The translations under genes and the position numbers were made by a program. From Lama glama (lineage: Eukaryota): a stretch of DNA of 64,000 nt. The notes beneath the pieces are model-generated. The model was not told the origin of the DNA and did not search any database. It was given only the letters and a program-made list of their open reading frames with translations. Location of the stretch: the NCBI GenBank assembly GCA_028534125.1, contig CM052816.1, positions 39,310,001 through 39,374,000 of the forward strand. Direction: 5' to 3'. This document shows, in pieces, positions 24,236 to 37,185 of the stretch (the first letter of the stretch is position 1; the number at the start of each line of letters is the position of its first letter).

Positions 24236-27200
24236 AATGGAATATCTTATTGGACTATAGTTCTCCCATATGTATTTTGGGGAATGTAACTTTAGTTATT
24301 ATTCTTTCCTTAAATTCCAAGTTTTCTAGTCCTTAATAGATAGTATGTCAGTATGGATTACACAGATGTGCTTGGACGAATTTCTCCTGAGTCCCTGTCC
24401 TAATTACCTCCTCCCTCTGGAAACAAAACAAAAAACAATATTGGGATAAGAAGACATAGAATGAAGATTTTCAAACATAAAATAAGTATAAAACATAACA
24501 AAAACATAGAATGAAGTTTTAAAATCCTATTAGATTGTTAGAATGAGCTATCACATGGCTCATGGAAGTCCTGCATAAGGTGAAGTTGGTTAGCCTTTAC
24601 TAAAGAATCTACTGGGGTTTATAAAACTTTATAAAGAATTTAAGTTTTCTTGGATGATTCTAGGCCACTGAATCTCAGTTAATCCTGGCCGCCTTTGTTA
24701 AGTCTTTTGGAGTGTTTATTGTTTCTACAAAAATTTCCCTTGATACACAATTGTTTAATAGTACTTGAATTCCTAGAATCTCTGATCATGAGATTCTTTT
24801 GTATTCATTAGTTTTAAAAGGCATTTTAGATAATGTGGCATATGCATGCCCAAATTGATGTGCAATTAGGAAAAAGTAAAATTTGAGTTTGTAGTGCTTT
24901 TGATTTTCTGTGCAAGCTGTTAAGTACCTAAAAATACGGAAATATAGAAAGAGCAAAAATTAAAGAAGAAAGGGACGCTGCAAGGTGCTTTCCCTGGGAA
25001 TTCATAGGAATTGCCAGTGACCATGGTGCTTGGTTGCTACATCTTCAGCTTAGCCAGAGGTCACATGCCCCATTATGTTAGAAGTATAAACTGTCGTTTT
25101 CAAAAAAAAAATATTAAAAATAAATTGTGGCTTTCATTTTCCATTACCACAGGCTCACTTGCTTACATTAAATAGGTTTCTGAAATATACTAACAAGATA
25201 ATAGCTAGTAAAATAAAACAAAAACGGAAATCAGCCAAGGGTAAAGACAAAATGCCTGATGTCCTAACAGACAATTTGCAGGGGAATTCTGAAAAGTGAA
25301 GAGTTGGTGTTGAATCTTGCCATGTTAAATGACTGCACAGAAATTATATTGACACAATGTTGATGCAGTTTCCATTAGGAACCAATTTCCACTTAAGTGG
25401 TGAAATCCAGCTCTAGCTTGATTGTTACGGTGAGAAGGATTATGCTGTCAAGTCAAATGGATCCATGTGAAAGTGGTATTTTTGTTTAGACAAATACTGA
25501 ATATTATTTGAGCGCAAAAGAGCAGCACAACAATCAAGGTCTAGTATACAGTAAGTTTTAAAGAAACGTATTCTTTTTCTTCCTTAAAATGCAGTTTGCA
25601 ATGGCTGGTGAAATCTATTCTAGAAAATACTATCCAACAAAAATTTCTCATTGACTTAAAAAATTTCATTTTGATTGTTTTGAATACCTGAAAGACATTT
25701 ATTTTCTATATTGGCTTGTGTTCTTGTTAATATCATTTGTCTTTCTCTTCCAATATTATTGTAAGATAGCATCCTCACTACCTTTAATTTGGTATGATTC
25801 TTTTGCTATTTGAAAATAACTTTCTAAAATGAGTATGGCTGATGGACAGATCTGTGTCCTTACATTGTTTCAACAGACTTGATTTGCCTCCCTGGCTTGC
25901 GACTTCCTATGGTAATTCCTGGCTCTAGCTCTGGCCTTAGAGTAGACACTCAAATATCTGCTTTATTTGGATCAGATTGAATGAGCATCTTGCCCTAGAG
26001 ACGGTTGAAAGCTGTTTATGTTAGGTTTATAAACCATAATTATTTTGAATCGTAGAATCCACAGATGAGCCTGTAGTAATGTATTAAAGTTGAGTTTTTC
26101 ATTGGCAAAGTAGGTGACTTGGTCGGGCTTCTGGAATGTAGTTTAACAGTGGATTTGCTCTTTGAATTCTAGTTGATAAAATCCATTACTGTCAATCTGA
26201 AGTTTATAGACACAGGAGATGCAAACTCAGAGCTCCTTAAAAACAAGACATCCTCATTAAAAGTCAGGGTTGTGACAATATGTAGGGGGAGAAGATCACA
26301 TTACTAAGCATGAGCCTTTGTGAGGTGGGGTGGTCTCTATTAGCAAGATGGCAAGGAAAAAAAAATTCAGTAAGATATCGAGTCAGCTTGGGATGAGGTC
26401 CCTGTATACACTCTCGGCACTCATCTGGCCTCTCAGAGGCCCTGGCACACATACATAAGGAGCTATGTTTGTGCTTTTAAATCAGCAGTATGATCTTGGC
26501 TTTGGCAGCAGTAGAGCAGTGCAGACAGGAGCCTTGGTCTGATAAATACACCTTGGCAGGCATGCCTGTAGCATCAGTGTTGACATTCAGTGCGCTGGTT
26601 TCCGTCCATCTCTGTGATCAAGGGTAATGGCACAGCACAGGGCAGTTGAACATTTCACCATCTCTTACCCCTCTTTTTTTTCTTCTTCCCAGTATCTTAA
26701 GGTTATATTCTGAGAAATAGCACTGGTTGGGGGCTGGGAAACGACAGAAAGGATATGGAGATTCCAGTTTATTTGGCCTCAATAAGAAATGCTGTCTTAC
26801 TTTCCTCTGGGAGGGGTTAACCTACCATTATCTAACTCAAAAAAGCCTAAGGAATAGTTACTACAATTTTAAAAGGATCAAAATGAGCTTTGTAGGCATG
26901 AGTAGTTGCAGAAGGATTTTCTGAGGAAGGCTGTATATTATCATGGCAGAAGCAGAGACTTCAGGACCAGGAGGCTTCAACTGTAGGCTCTGCGATTGAC
27001 TGGCAGCATGACCTTGAGGACATGATTTATTCATAAGTACGAGAATACTAAGACTACTAAGGTCCTTTGCAGTCAAGTATTGTATGCTTCTACCATGGTC
27101 CCCAATAAAGGAGTCAAACCTGAGCTAAACTCGGAGTCCTTAGCAGTGTACTTCCTTTAAAATATATTTTGCTTCTTTAAAAAATGAGGAATAGCATATG

Positions 27201-27923
27201 CATACCTTACTGTAGCTACTGGGCTTTATATCAACTTACGCTTGATAGTTTTATATCTAAAGGACAACATATATCAAGGGGATGATCCTCTCTGTAGTTC
27301 TTGGCATATTTACATCATCACACCAATGCATTTTCAGCTACTTATGCCAATGCTGTAGTGGTAGTCAAGGCTTTAAAGCAGCCTTGGTTGATTTAAGGGA
27401 AATGGGGTTTTCTGTGCTTCTTAACGCATTTTTTTTTTGATACAAAGTGTTATGGGGGAATTGTGGGTAATGGCTACAGCCAGTGATGTAGGAAATACAT
27501 TTTTCTGCAGGTCACAGAAATCAGTACTTAAGTTGTGTCTGAAGATTATCATATTCTCCAGTGGTAGAGGTAAATTAATGCCCATTTGAGTGGTATTGGT
27601 TTGTTATAATACAGAGTAGAAAATTAAGTAGCCTAGGTGAATATTTTAAACTAAAGGATTTAGTGAAGTCTGAATATTTTCTAAACGTTAGTCTGAATTA
27701 AGCACTGTTGATGCCAGTAAGTGGCCTGTTTGTGTAGTGTTGTCGTTTCTTCTAAAGCAATTGCTATACTTTGGAAGTATCAAGGTAGTCAAATATAGAT
27801 GTTTTTAGTTCATTCAGAAGGAGTAATTTATGATCTTACTAAAGAAATACGTACTGTTCTCTGAGTAACAACATGAAGTTTATTTTCTCCCCAACAAATC
27901 CCCAAAGTCAGAGATTAAAACTT

Positions 27924-28615
27924 AATGGCCATTCAAGAGTCCAGAAACAATAAATGCTGGAGAGGCTGTGGAGAAAAGGGAACCCTTGTACACTGTTGCT
28001 GGGAATGCAGTTTGGTGCAGCCATTATGGAAAACAGTATGGAGATTCCTCAAAACACTAAAAATAGGTTTACCATATATGATCCAGCAATCCCACTCCTG
28101 GACATATATCCAGAGGGAACCTTAATTCAAAAAAATACATGCACCCCAGTGTTCACAGCAGCACTATTTACAATAGCCAGGACATGGAAATCACCTAAAT
28201 GTCCATCAACTGATGACTGGATAAAGAAGCTGTGGTATATTTATGCAATGGAATACTACTCAGCGATAAAATAATGAAATAATGCCATTTGCAGCAACAT
28301 GGATGGACCTGGAGATCATCATTCTAAGTAGGCCAGGAAGAGAAAGAAAAATACATGATATCACTCATATGTGGAGCTAAAAAAAGAAGAAAGATGAAAA
28401 TGAACTTATCTACAAAATAGAAAGAGTCAGACATACTACACAAACTTATGGTAACCGAGGGGAAAGGGGAGAAAGGGGATAAATTGGGAATTTGAGATTT
28501 GCAAATATTAACTACTATATATAAAATAGATAACACATTTCTTATGCATACCACAGGGAACTATATTCAGTATCTTGTAGTAACCTATAATGAAAAAGAC
28601 TGTGAAAACAAAAAA
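27924..28615 (+). mobile_element. Young L1: ORF2 C-terminus plus incomplete 3' UTR
   Basis: ORFs give [36 protein letters not shown] and CTPVFTAALFTIARTWKSPKCPSTDDWIKKLWYIYAMEYYSAIK in two frames (frameshifted). Confidence 0.97.
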
Positions 28616-28894
28616 GGCCAGTGATCAAAGGGAGAAGGATAATCTTTGAAAAGACTTTTAACATCATAAGAATGTTCACTAAATATTCTCATGATCGTTG
28701 ATAACAGGGTCCAATACCATTTATTTGGTAACCATGCCACTGGGGAAAAAGACTGTGCATGTTAGAGTGTAAGGAAACATTGGCTTTGAAGTCATTGTAG
28801 TCACTACTGTCCAAACAAATACGGCCATGTATTCAGTATGGGGACTTAAAGGAATTAGGTGGTAAATGAATTTGGGTGAGAGACCCCCACCCCA

Positions 28895-29215
28895 AAAAAC
28901 AAGAGCAACTCAACTATGAATGTAACAACTTGGACAAATCTCACAAACGTGCTGAACAAAAGAAACCAATCCCATACTGACCTGTGGTGATAAATGTGAG
29001 AAAGTGTTTTATTTTGGAGGTGAAGGAGGGTGGGAGAGAGGGCCATGGATTGCCTCAAGGTGGGCATGAGGGAACTTGCAGGGTGATGACAGTGATTTAT
29101 GTCTTACTTTGTGTGGGGGTTACAGAGGTATAATTCCACTATCAAAACAGATTATCCTGAACATTTACAATCTGTGCATTTTATTGCATGGAAGTGGTAC
29201 TTCAAAAAAAAAAAA
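28895..29215 (+). mobile_element. Old L1 3' end (L1ME-like)
   Basis: caacttggacaaatctcacaaacgtgctgaacaaaagaaacca...tgtgcattttattgcatggaagtggtacttcaaaaa, ending in an A tail. Confidence 0.8.
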
Positions 29216-29709
29216 CAACTGATCTGAAAAATAGATCTTTCTATACAAAAATATATTAAAACTTTAAATTAAGAAAAGATAGGGACTATAATCTTTAGAT
29301 TAACCACTTAAGGAACTCTTTGGATCTTATTCCCAGTGAAACAACTTAAACAGGTGATAATTATGTAAAACTTTAATTCAAAGTTTCTAGAAATTGTCCT
29401 TAGAGTAACTGCTGCCCTGTCCGTGTTTATACAGTCCACTGTGACATCCTCAAGTACTAATTTGTACCCAGAGGGGTCACAGTACCCACCAGCACTGCAG
29501 ACAGTAGCAGAGATTCCTGTAATGAAAACAATTATGTGCTTCATAAAAATAGATGACCATTAATTGAAATGTCCTCTTAAAACCCTTTGTTACTGGATTC
29601 TTTTAGATAGAGGGTCTTTGTCTGGACTTTGCCAGCACCAGTGTCGTGCTCCTAGCTTCAGCTCCTTTATGTCACCTCTGGGTTTCCAAAAGCTCCTGAA
29701 GCTAAGATT

Positions 29710-29900
29710 ATCCTGTAGAAGGAAACTAGACTTTGGTATCAGAAAGAACTAAATTTTAATCTGTGTCTCATCACTGACTGTGTGTTTTGATGGGGAAGAT
29801 GATCTGTCTAAGCATTATCTGTAAAATGGGAATAATATCTTCCAGGTATAAATGTGGTTATTACTGTATTCCAAGATGAAATTTGATAATATGTGATATA
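29710..29900 (+). mobile_element. MIR SINE
   Basis: ctagactttggtatcaga...ttatctgtaaaatgggaataata. Confidence 0.7.
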
Positions 29901-31279
29901 GAAGTCACTCACTAAAAGACTCTAATTGGAATTAGCATCGTGGGTACTGAAAGCGTGATTGCACAGAGCCAGGAACCATCTACAAAGGCAAATAGGCAGG
30001 AAACCTTGCCCACTGCCAGCATTCTAACTGAGCTTACCCTAGTCAGTGATAATGGGGACGTCACTATGGGAAGTTCAAAGACAAAGCCATTCAGGAGACT
30101 GTCTTTATAAGAGAAATGCATATTTCCCGAATCTGTTATTCTTTCTGCCAGGTCTTAAAAATGACACCAAAGGGAAATGCCTGTTTCCATTTGTCTCTTT
30201 TCTGTTGTTGTTTTTGTTGTACAATATGTGTACTATTTCACCATAATTAACAATATAGTATTTAAATTTTAGCTGTGAAATCTGAATATCTATTCCCATA
30301 ATCTATTCAACTGTAAATACTGTGTTGGAAATCTTTTATGCCAGTATATTCTGGATATTTTTCAGTGCAGTGTAGACAATGCTATAATTTGTCTGGAAAG
30401 GAAAAAAGTCACTGTGAGTCATTATTTGCAACTCATACTGCCATTAACAAAGTGGAATGGGCCCCATGATATTTTGAAGTAGTTGAAAAATATTATCTAA
30501 AGTCATCTGCATCATTAGAAATGTCTTTATTACCATCTTCTTTGCCTTCATGTTTTTCACTTTTGCTTTTTATTATCTATGTATCTGTCACCTCTCTCTC
30601 TTGATGGTACCAGGAATAGCTAGTGAAGGATTTAGACGAGTTAAGGCAGGTAGGAGGATGTGTCAACTTTGGTGGTTAGTTTATTACTATGATTGTCTCA
30701 GATCCCAATGAAAATTGTAATCATGAGGGGGCTATGTAAAGCCCTGTGATATTGCTAATGGGCCCTTACAAAATGGATGGAACCAGATATTTTTTCATGA
30801 GTGCTAGTAGCTATTTTGGTAACACAGAATCAAAGTGGTTGTGTTTATTTAAAATTTAGTTTTAATCCACAAATTATCTTCATATGAGAAGTACCAGTGT
30901 ATCCTTGTCCTTTTCAAAGCTGAAGATGGGGGATCTTTAGAGGACCTTTCCTTGAGAGACATTGTAAAGGCAGGTGATAACTTTGGGGATGGAAGGAACA
31001 ATAAGAAGAAACACACAGAGCTGTGTCTTTCGTGGCTATTTGTGAATGAAATATAAAATGTTAACAGATACGCTCAAAGTTTCACCTTTCCTACTCTGCT
31101 CTGTGGCTACGGCTGCTCTAGAAGGCTCACCGCTCCCTTTGAAGTCTGTCAACCGAAATGTTCATCGAGCTGCTTGGGAGAAGACATTCATGCCATACTT
31201 TGAGGTCTAGAATCACTTATTGTTTTGTATGCAATCACAAGATGGTCATGGATCGCTGAGAAAGTAATGTATATGAATG

Positions 31280-32330
31280 AATGTTAATGCTTAATTCAGT
31301 ATCTGTTAAAAATATACAGTATACTCTCCCATGGGATAAGATGATAAAGTCAAGGAAGACAGATTCTTGTCCCACGTAGAGCTCTCATGGGGAATAAATA
31401 CAGTAAATGTGCATTTACCGTACAATTAAGAAACTGTGATGAGGACAAGACTATAATGAGTTTCTGACCCAGACAGGGAAGACTTCCTGGAAAAAGTAAT
31501 GAGCAAGACATGTCTAAACCAAATTAGAAAGACGACTAAACCAACTAGGGAAAGAGTAGAGGAGGAAGTCAGTTTCTTGTAAAGAAAAAGCCATGTGTAG
31601 AGGCTTAGAGGAAAAATCTAGACAAAACCAAATCATTTTTTTTTAAGAACTGAGGGAGTTGTAGGAATAAAGGGATTGGGGGAGGGATGGTGCTGGTGAC
31701 GACTGAAGAGTTAATCAGAGAAGTAGACTATGAAGGGCTTATAAGTCTTATGAAGGATTTCTAGTTTTATTGTACAATCACTGGTGAAGGCTTTTGAAAG
31801 ATTCAAAGAGGGACTGACATGATAACTTATTTTGCCTTAGGTAAATCAACATGTGTCAGTGATGATGAGCAGAAGTGGAGGTTAGAAGGTGAATGACGGG
31901 ACCATGGCAATAAGCCAGAATTGTGGATAGGATCTGCACTAAATAATGAATAGGAACAATGGGGAGAAAAAAGGTTTTAGAGGCATATGCTAAATGAAAT
32001 CATCAAGACTTTACCATTACTTGGATAAAGGCTGTGAACAAGGCAAGACTAGATCCGGGTTTCCGATGGGGACATCTTCATGGAAGGGGATGCTACTCTC
32101 TGGAACAGGGAATAGAAAAGATGGTAGGGTTGAGTGGGAGGTATAGATGAAGTATTTGGTTTTGTATCTGATAGATTTAAATTGTTGGACTTACACATAG
32201 AAATGTCCAGTGTGCAATTGAGTACAGATATCTAAAGTTCAAGAGGAAGGTATAAGCTAGCAAGCAGATTTAAAAATCACAAGTACAGATGAAGATGGAG
32301 GCCATGATAGTAGATGAGATTGCTTTATGT
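31280..32330 (-). mobile_element. LINE-2 fragment
   Basis: Long purine-rich stretch with typical antisense-L2 motifs (gaagacttcctggaa, tgaagggcttataag, gaaatgtccagt, agatttaaaaatca). Confidence 0.75.
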
Positions 32331-32984
32331 AGAATGTTGAATGGTAATGACTTATCTGAAGTGGTCCAAACTCAGCCAAAGTTCCTCTTTACTAAGATCT
32401 CTTACAGCAAGACTTTTATTGGAACCTGAATGGTAGTAGTTCATTAACGTATCTTATTGGCGGAATGAACTACTGTACCAGATTGATTCAGCAGAAGGAA
32501 TTAATACAAAAGGTGTGTCTCAGTGTAACCAAATTCATTTTCTGTCTGATAATTTTTTATCATAATACATAAATATCAAAGAATTTCTGTTTAATTTGTG
32601 TTCTGAGTCATATCTATGACCATGTGAGTTTTTAGGTTTTATATAGGAACTAGAGTTTATGATTTTCTTTGCATTTTCTTAAAACATCAGGTAAACACAC
32701 ATACTGCTGGCATTTAGTGAATGTTTTACTGTCTCAGAGGAGGAAAAAAGGCAACTGTTAGATTGCAACTCAACTTTAACTACAGCTGAATCTTTTGCAG
32801 AGAATGTAAGTATTCCATTGTATAAGGGGAAGGTTTTAGTAGTACAGCTGAATGTAGTTAGAGTTTGGACGTGTAAGGAAAGAAGTATTAATGATGTCAG
32901 TAACTGATACCAAGTTATCCAGCTGAATGAGCTTATTTGTTCAGCAGACTATCTTGTTAGTTTTCCATGGTTCTATTCTTTTGT

Positions 32985-33148
32985 TCCTGTCTTGTCTTTA
33001 TAAGGATACCAGTAATATTGGATTAGGGACCATCCTAATGACCTCATTGTAACTTGATTACATCTTTTCAAATAAAATGACATCCTCAGGTATTGGAAGT
33101 TAGGACTTCAATGTATCTTTTTTGGGGAACACAGTGCAGCCCCTATCA
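32985..33148 (-). mobile_element. MaLR LTR fragment (MLT1A-C-like)
   Basis: tataaggataccagtaatattggattaggg..cctaatgacctcatt.taacttgattacatc...ttggggaacacagt.cagccc. Confidence 0.85.
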
Positions 33149-33299
33149 ATGGTTTTTCACCAAAGGACCATTTTTAATGGTGCCGTTCACAGTTTCAGAG
33201 AAAAGTAAATAGTTTAACTTCTCATAGTTCAGAAACAGAGAATTCCCTTTTGATAATCATTGGTTATAATATCATTGCAGATATTTTAAACAATTTGAA

Positions 33300-33720
33300 A
33301 GATTGTAAAATATTAGTGCCTTATGGAATTCTGTATTTTTCCTGCTATGGATAACTTGTAATGATACATTCAGTGGGGAAAGGGAAAAGAGTCCGCAGAC
33401 GTAAAACAACTAGTATTTTTTCACCTCTGCTTTGTAAAAGTGTACTTCTACCACTAATGTGTGCAAGTGTCCATCGGGCTACATTCTCAAAGGCACTGAG
33501 TTAAAAAAAAAATCTTTCCTTCTCAGAAAATGGATTCTATCTCATTAGTGTTTTAGGTGATATTTGATTAATGATTAATAGTCAAGTTGAATATTTGTGA
33601 TAGTCGATGGGGACAATTTTTCACTCAACTTGTCTTTTAAATTTTTGGTGGTACTTTCTTATAGGTTTTAAAATTAGTTTCTGTAGTAAAGTCTGTCATT
33701 TTTTATTGTGTGATTTATCC
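33300..33720 (-). mobile_element. Old L1 fragment, highly degraded
   Basis: aaagtgtacttctaccactaatgtgtgcaagtgtcca...tctcattagtgtttta resembles antisense L1 ORF2 3' sequence. Confidence 0.55.
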
Positions 33721-33859
33721 ACAATTTAGAAATCATTTGCCCATATCAGGATAAGCTGAATGTGTACCTTCAGGTAGCAATGATATATGTAGATACAGGA
33801 CAAATGCCAAACATTTTGGGGAAGATGCTAAATAAAAGAAACTTCTTTATTTTTATTTT

Positions 33860-34180
33860 TGCATTCATCAGACTGATCTGTTGAATACTGACAGTCCACC
33901 AAGTGCTATGACGAACTAGCCATGTTTCTCATATAAAATTCACATTTTGGTGGGGGTAGATACCTAAGCACGTATTTCCTACTAGTATGCACAGAGTCAT
34001 GTACCAGAAGTAATGAGAGAATTGGAGAGAGAGCTTAGTATTTCTTGGATGGATAAGGGAAGGCTTCAAAGAAAGTCTCTACCTGAGCTGGATGACAATG
34101 ACTAGTAGAGGTGATTCAGGCAGGAGAGAAAGGAGGGAGATGTTTCAAAAAGAGGCAAATGCACTTGCAAAAATGTGGAC
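33860..34180 (-). mobile_element. LINE-2 fragment
   Basis: cattcatca...gttgaatactgac...gggaaggcttcaaagaaagt...ctgagctg. Confidence 0.6.
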
Positions 34181-36594
34181 ACATTTCAACTGAATGTACA
34201 ATCAAATACAAAATGACCACTATCATTTCTGGCTTGATCATTTTGAAGACCGAGGCTTGAGCCTTCTGCCTATCTAAGTGTATTCTTAACATATAAAAAA
34301 TAAATCAGTAAGTGAATTCATGTAAGAAATAATGAGAGATGATGTAGGAGAAGAAAAAGCTTTGGTGTGGCTGGGGTGGGGGTCGTGGTGGTAGTGTTGC
34401 TGGAAACAGGGGAAGAGATGAAGTTTCTGCCCTGGCACCTGACATTCATTTCATCAAATAATGGCATGTCTGGCCACTTTATTGACACTGTAAAATTAAT
34501 TAATGCATTAAGGTCATATGCCTGTAATGACAAGCAGTTAGAAATAGTATTTTTCGCTCTTTAAAGTTAATTCCATAATTTTTTTTCATCTGAAAATTAC
34601 CTAAACATAAATCCAGTGTTAGTATACTTAAAAAAAAAAAAAAGTACTGGCAAGTTTCCCATGCATTTATGCTGAAAAAAAGGAAAAAGGCATATTGCCA
34701 TCAAAATACCACTTAAGTTATTACGTAGATTGTCACCTGTGAAGGAGATGCTGTGTATCCTTTCCAGGTTCTGTCTGCTTCAGAAATGGCCTGATCTGCT
34801 TTCCTGACTTTGTTGCTTTCCAAACTTTGAGGATTTCTGTGACTTCTACCATCTCAAAGCGTCAGGGTGATGTAATATGTTTGGGAATACCATGTCGGTG
34901 AGTTGCAGATGATAGTCACAAAATTCGGAGGCCAGATTCTGAAATTATCTGAAGTGTACCTTCTAATGTGGTTTTTCAAGTAAGACTACCGTAATTGATC
35001 TTCTTCTTGGCTTCCGTATCTGAAGTTGACAAGTTTGGTGCTGTATTATACTTTATGCAGCTGTAGGAGTAAGGTTGCAAATAGAAATTTCCTATCTGTG
35101 CAAAATGCACTACTGAATAAGACTTCTTAGGATAGTTCATGTCAGGGACTGTGTATAATGAGAAAAAATTTCCTGGCTTAAATCCTACTTAAAAAAATAA
35201 TATTCACAGATACAAACACAAAGGCACACACATATAGTAAATATAGTAACTTTTGTTGAACTTTTGTCATTATAAGATCCCCCAGTTTCTGAAGCTTCTG
35301 AGCTCCCCATAGAGCATTTCTGGTTCTTCAGTAGCTGATGTTAATCAAAATCTCTTTGCATTTTCATGCTCATTATTGGAGGTGTTCCACACTTCGGCAT
35401 GATTTAAAATTCCATAAAAATGCAATAAATATGGAGCTGACATTAAAATGTTATTAAGATGACAAGTTATGATCAGTGCCTCCTTAGATGGGGTTGGTGA
35501 TAGAGGTTTCCCATTTATTAATCCTAGCCGAGGTCTTGCATGGCTGCTCATCAATCATTTTCCTTTCATTAAAACGTCTTTTAAGATGTAACAGAGCCAA
35601 AAAAAAAAAAAAATCTGTTGTTCCATAACATTTTGCCTAAACGTCCCAGTCTTGGATGGCTGAGAGTGACTCTGTATTTGGCATATGGATTTGCTATGCT
35701 CATTCATCTCCCTTTTGCTGTCCAGTTAAACTTCCATGGCATTTTCCCTCATCTTAGGAATTGCCAAACAGTTAAGAGTCATAAACATCCTCATATTCTA
35801 AGCTCAGGGCTGTGAGGTATGTTCAGGTGTGGAGTTACGGAAGTCAGTGAGCTCTACGTGAAACATGAGTTGATTCAGTTTTAGCATATGCATATGAGCT
35901 TAATTGGTTATTAGCAAATTACTGTATAAAAATCATAGGTATGAACACTCAGCATATCATGGCAATAGAAGTAAATACAGAAAGAAGAGAAGTAGATCCT
36001 GTCTTCAGAATTTTCTGCTTTGTTTCTTAGACATTCATTTGTTGGTCATTTGCTTGCACTTAATAGTGTCAGTGGCTTTGAAATATTTAAGAGCAATGTA
36101 GAAAAATTAAAAGTTAATAAGATAATTAAAAATTGAGATTGACAATAATGTCTTCTTCCTTTAAGGAAGGTTAAAATACTGCTATTATTTTAGTTTAGTC
36201 ATGAGACACTTCAATTCAGATGCCAGAATTTGAGTATGAAAATTTGTCTGTTTGAAGAGTTTTATGACTACATGCAGCAGGTTACAGGGGTTCAGATGCA
36301 GCTTATGTTTATAGGTGGATGGGCATAAAGAAGAAAGATACCTTAAACACTGAGAGATGGGCGAAGAGAGTCAAATTAAGTGAAACATAATTACATATTC
36401 TCAACTGAGTAAGACGCTTGGTAATAGTAAAAACGAAACACAGCAGAAAACATCTATGGCACAGTGTATGTGTGTGGATGAAAAACACAATTTTTTTAAA
36501 AGTAAAAGCAAAACACATCAAACTTACTTGAATGTATTTTAAGTGGAAGGACTGTTAGATTCTAGTACCAACTGATGTATTTGATATAAAATAG

Positions 36595-37020
36595 ATACTC
36601 TACCTCAAAAAACTAAACATAGAATTACCATATTATGCAGAAAATCTACTTCTAGGTGTAGATGGTTTGAATTGAAATTGAAAAGAGGGACTCAAACAGT
36701 TACACATACCCCATTGTTTATTGCAGCATTATTCACAATAGCTAAAAGGTATGGTTAAAGAATGTGAACACAAGTAGATTGAAATTAAGCGTAGGTAAAA
36801 CGTATACCATGTAAACTTTCCATCTGACTTAGAGTAATTATATTGCTGCCAGACACAGGAGATTTTAAGACAGAGAGGGTAACATGCAATTAAAGTTTGA
36901 CATTTGGTAATGATAAAAGGGACAATTTGTTAGAAGACATAATAATTCCAAATTCATTAATAACAGAACTTCAAAATATATAAATTAAAAACTGATGGAA
37001 ATAAGGGGGGAAATAATAGA
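36595..37020 (+). mobile_element. Two abutting old L1 pieces: ORF2 3' fragment (about 36595-36750) and ORF2 endonuclease-region fragment (about 36755-37020)
   Basis: aaactaaacatagaattaccata...tttattgcagcattattcacaatagctaaaaggt, then tataccatg.aaac...aatgataaaagggacaattt...aataacagaacttcaaaatatat. Confidence 0.75.
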
Positions 37021-37042
37021 AAGTAACTTATACCTCAAGTTG

Positions 37043-37185
37043 TTTTTTTAATGTTTATTTTTAAAATTTTTCTTGGGGGGGAAGGTAGTTAGGTTTATTT
37101 ATTTTTAGAGGAGGTACTGGGAATTAGAACCCAAAACCTCATGCATGCTAAGCATGTGCTCTACCACTTGAACTATACCCTCCCC
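37043..37185 (-). mobile_element. tRNA-derived SINE, camelid Vic-1-like
   Basis: Minus strand GGGGAGGGTATAGTTCAAGTGGTAGAGCACATGCTTAGCATGCATGAGGTTTTGGGTTCTAATTCCCAGTACCTCC has Pol III A-box and B-box remnants, followed by an A-rich tail. Degenerate TSD ctc..gtt(t)gtttttt on both sides. Confidence 0.9.

Noticed and set aside
37110..37185. tRNA-like sequence
   Set aside because: Followed by a SINE body and A-rich tail, with a degenerate B box. It is a SINE, not a tRNA gene.
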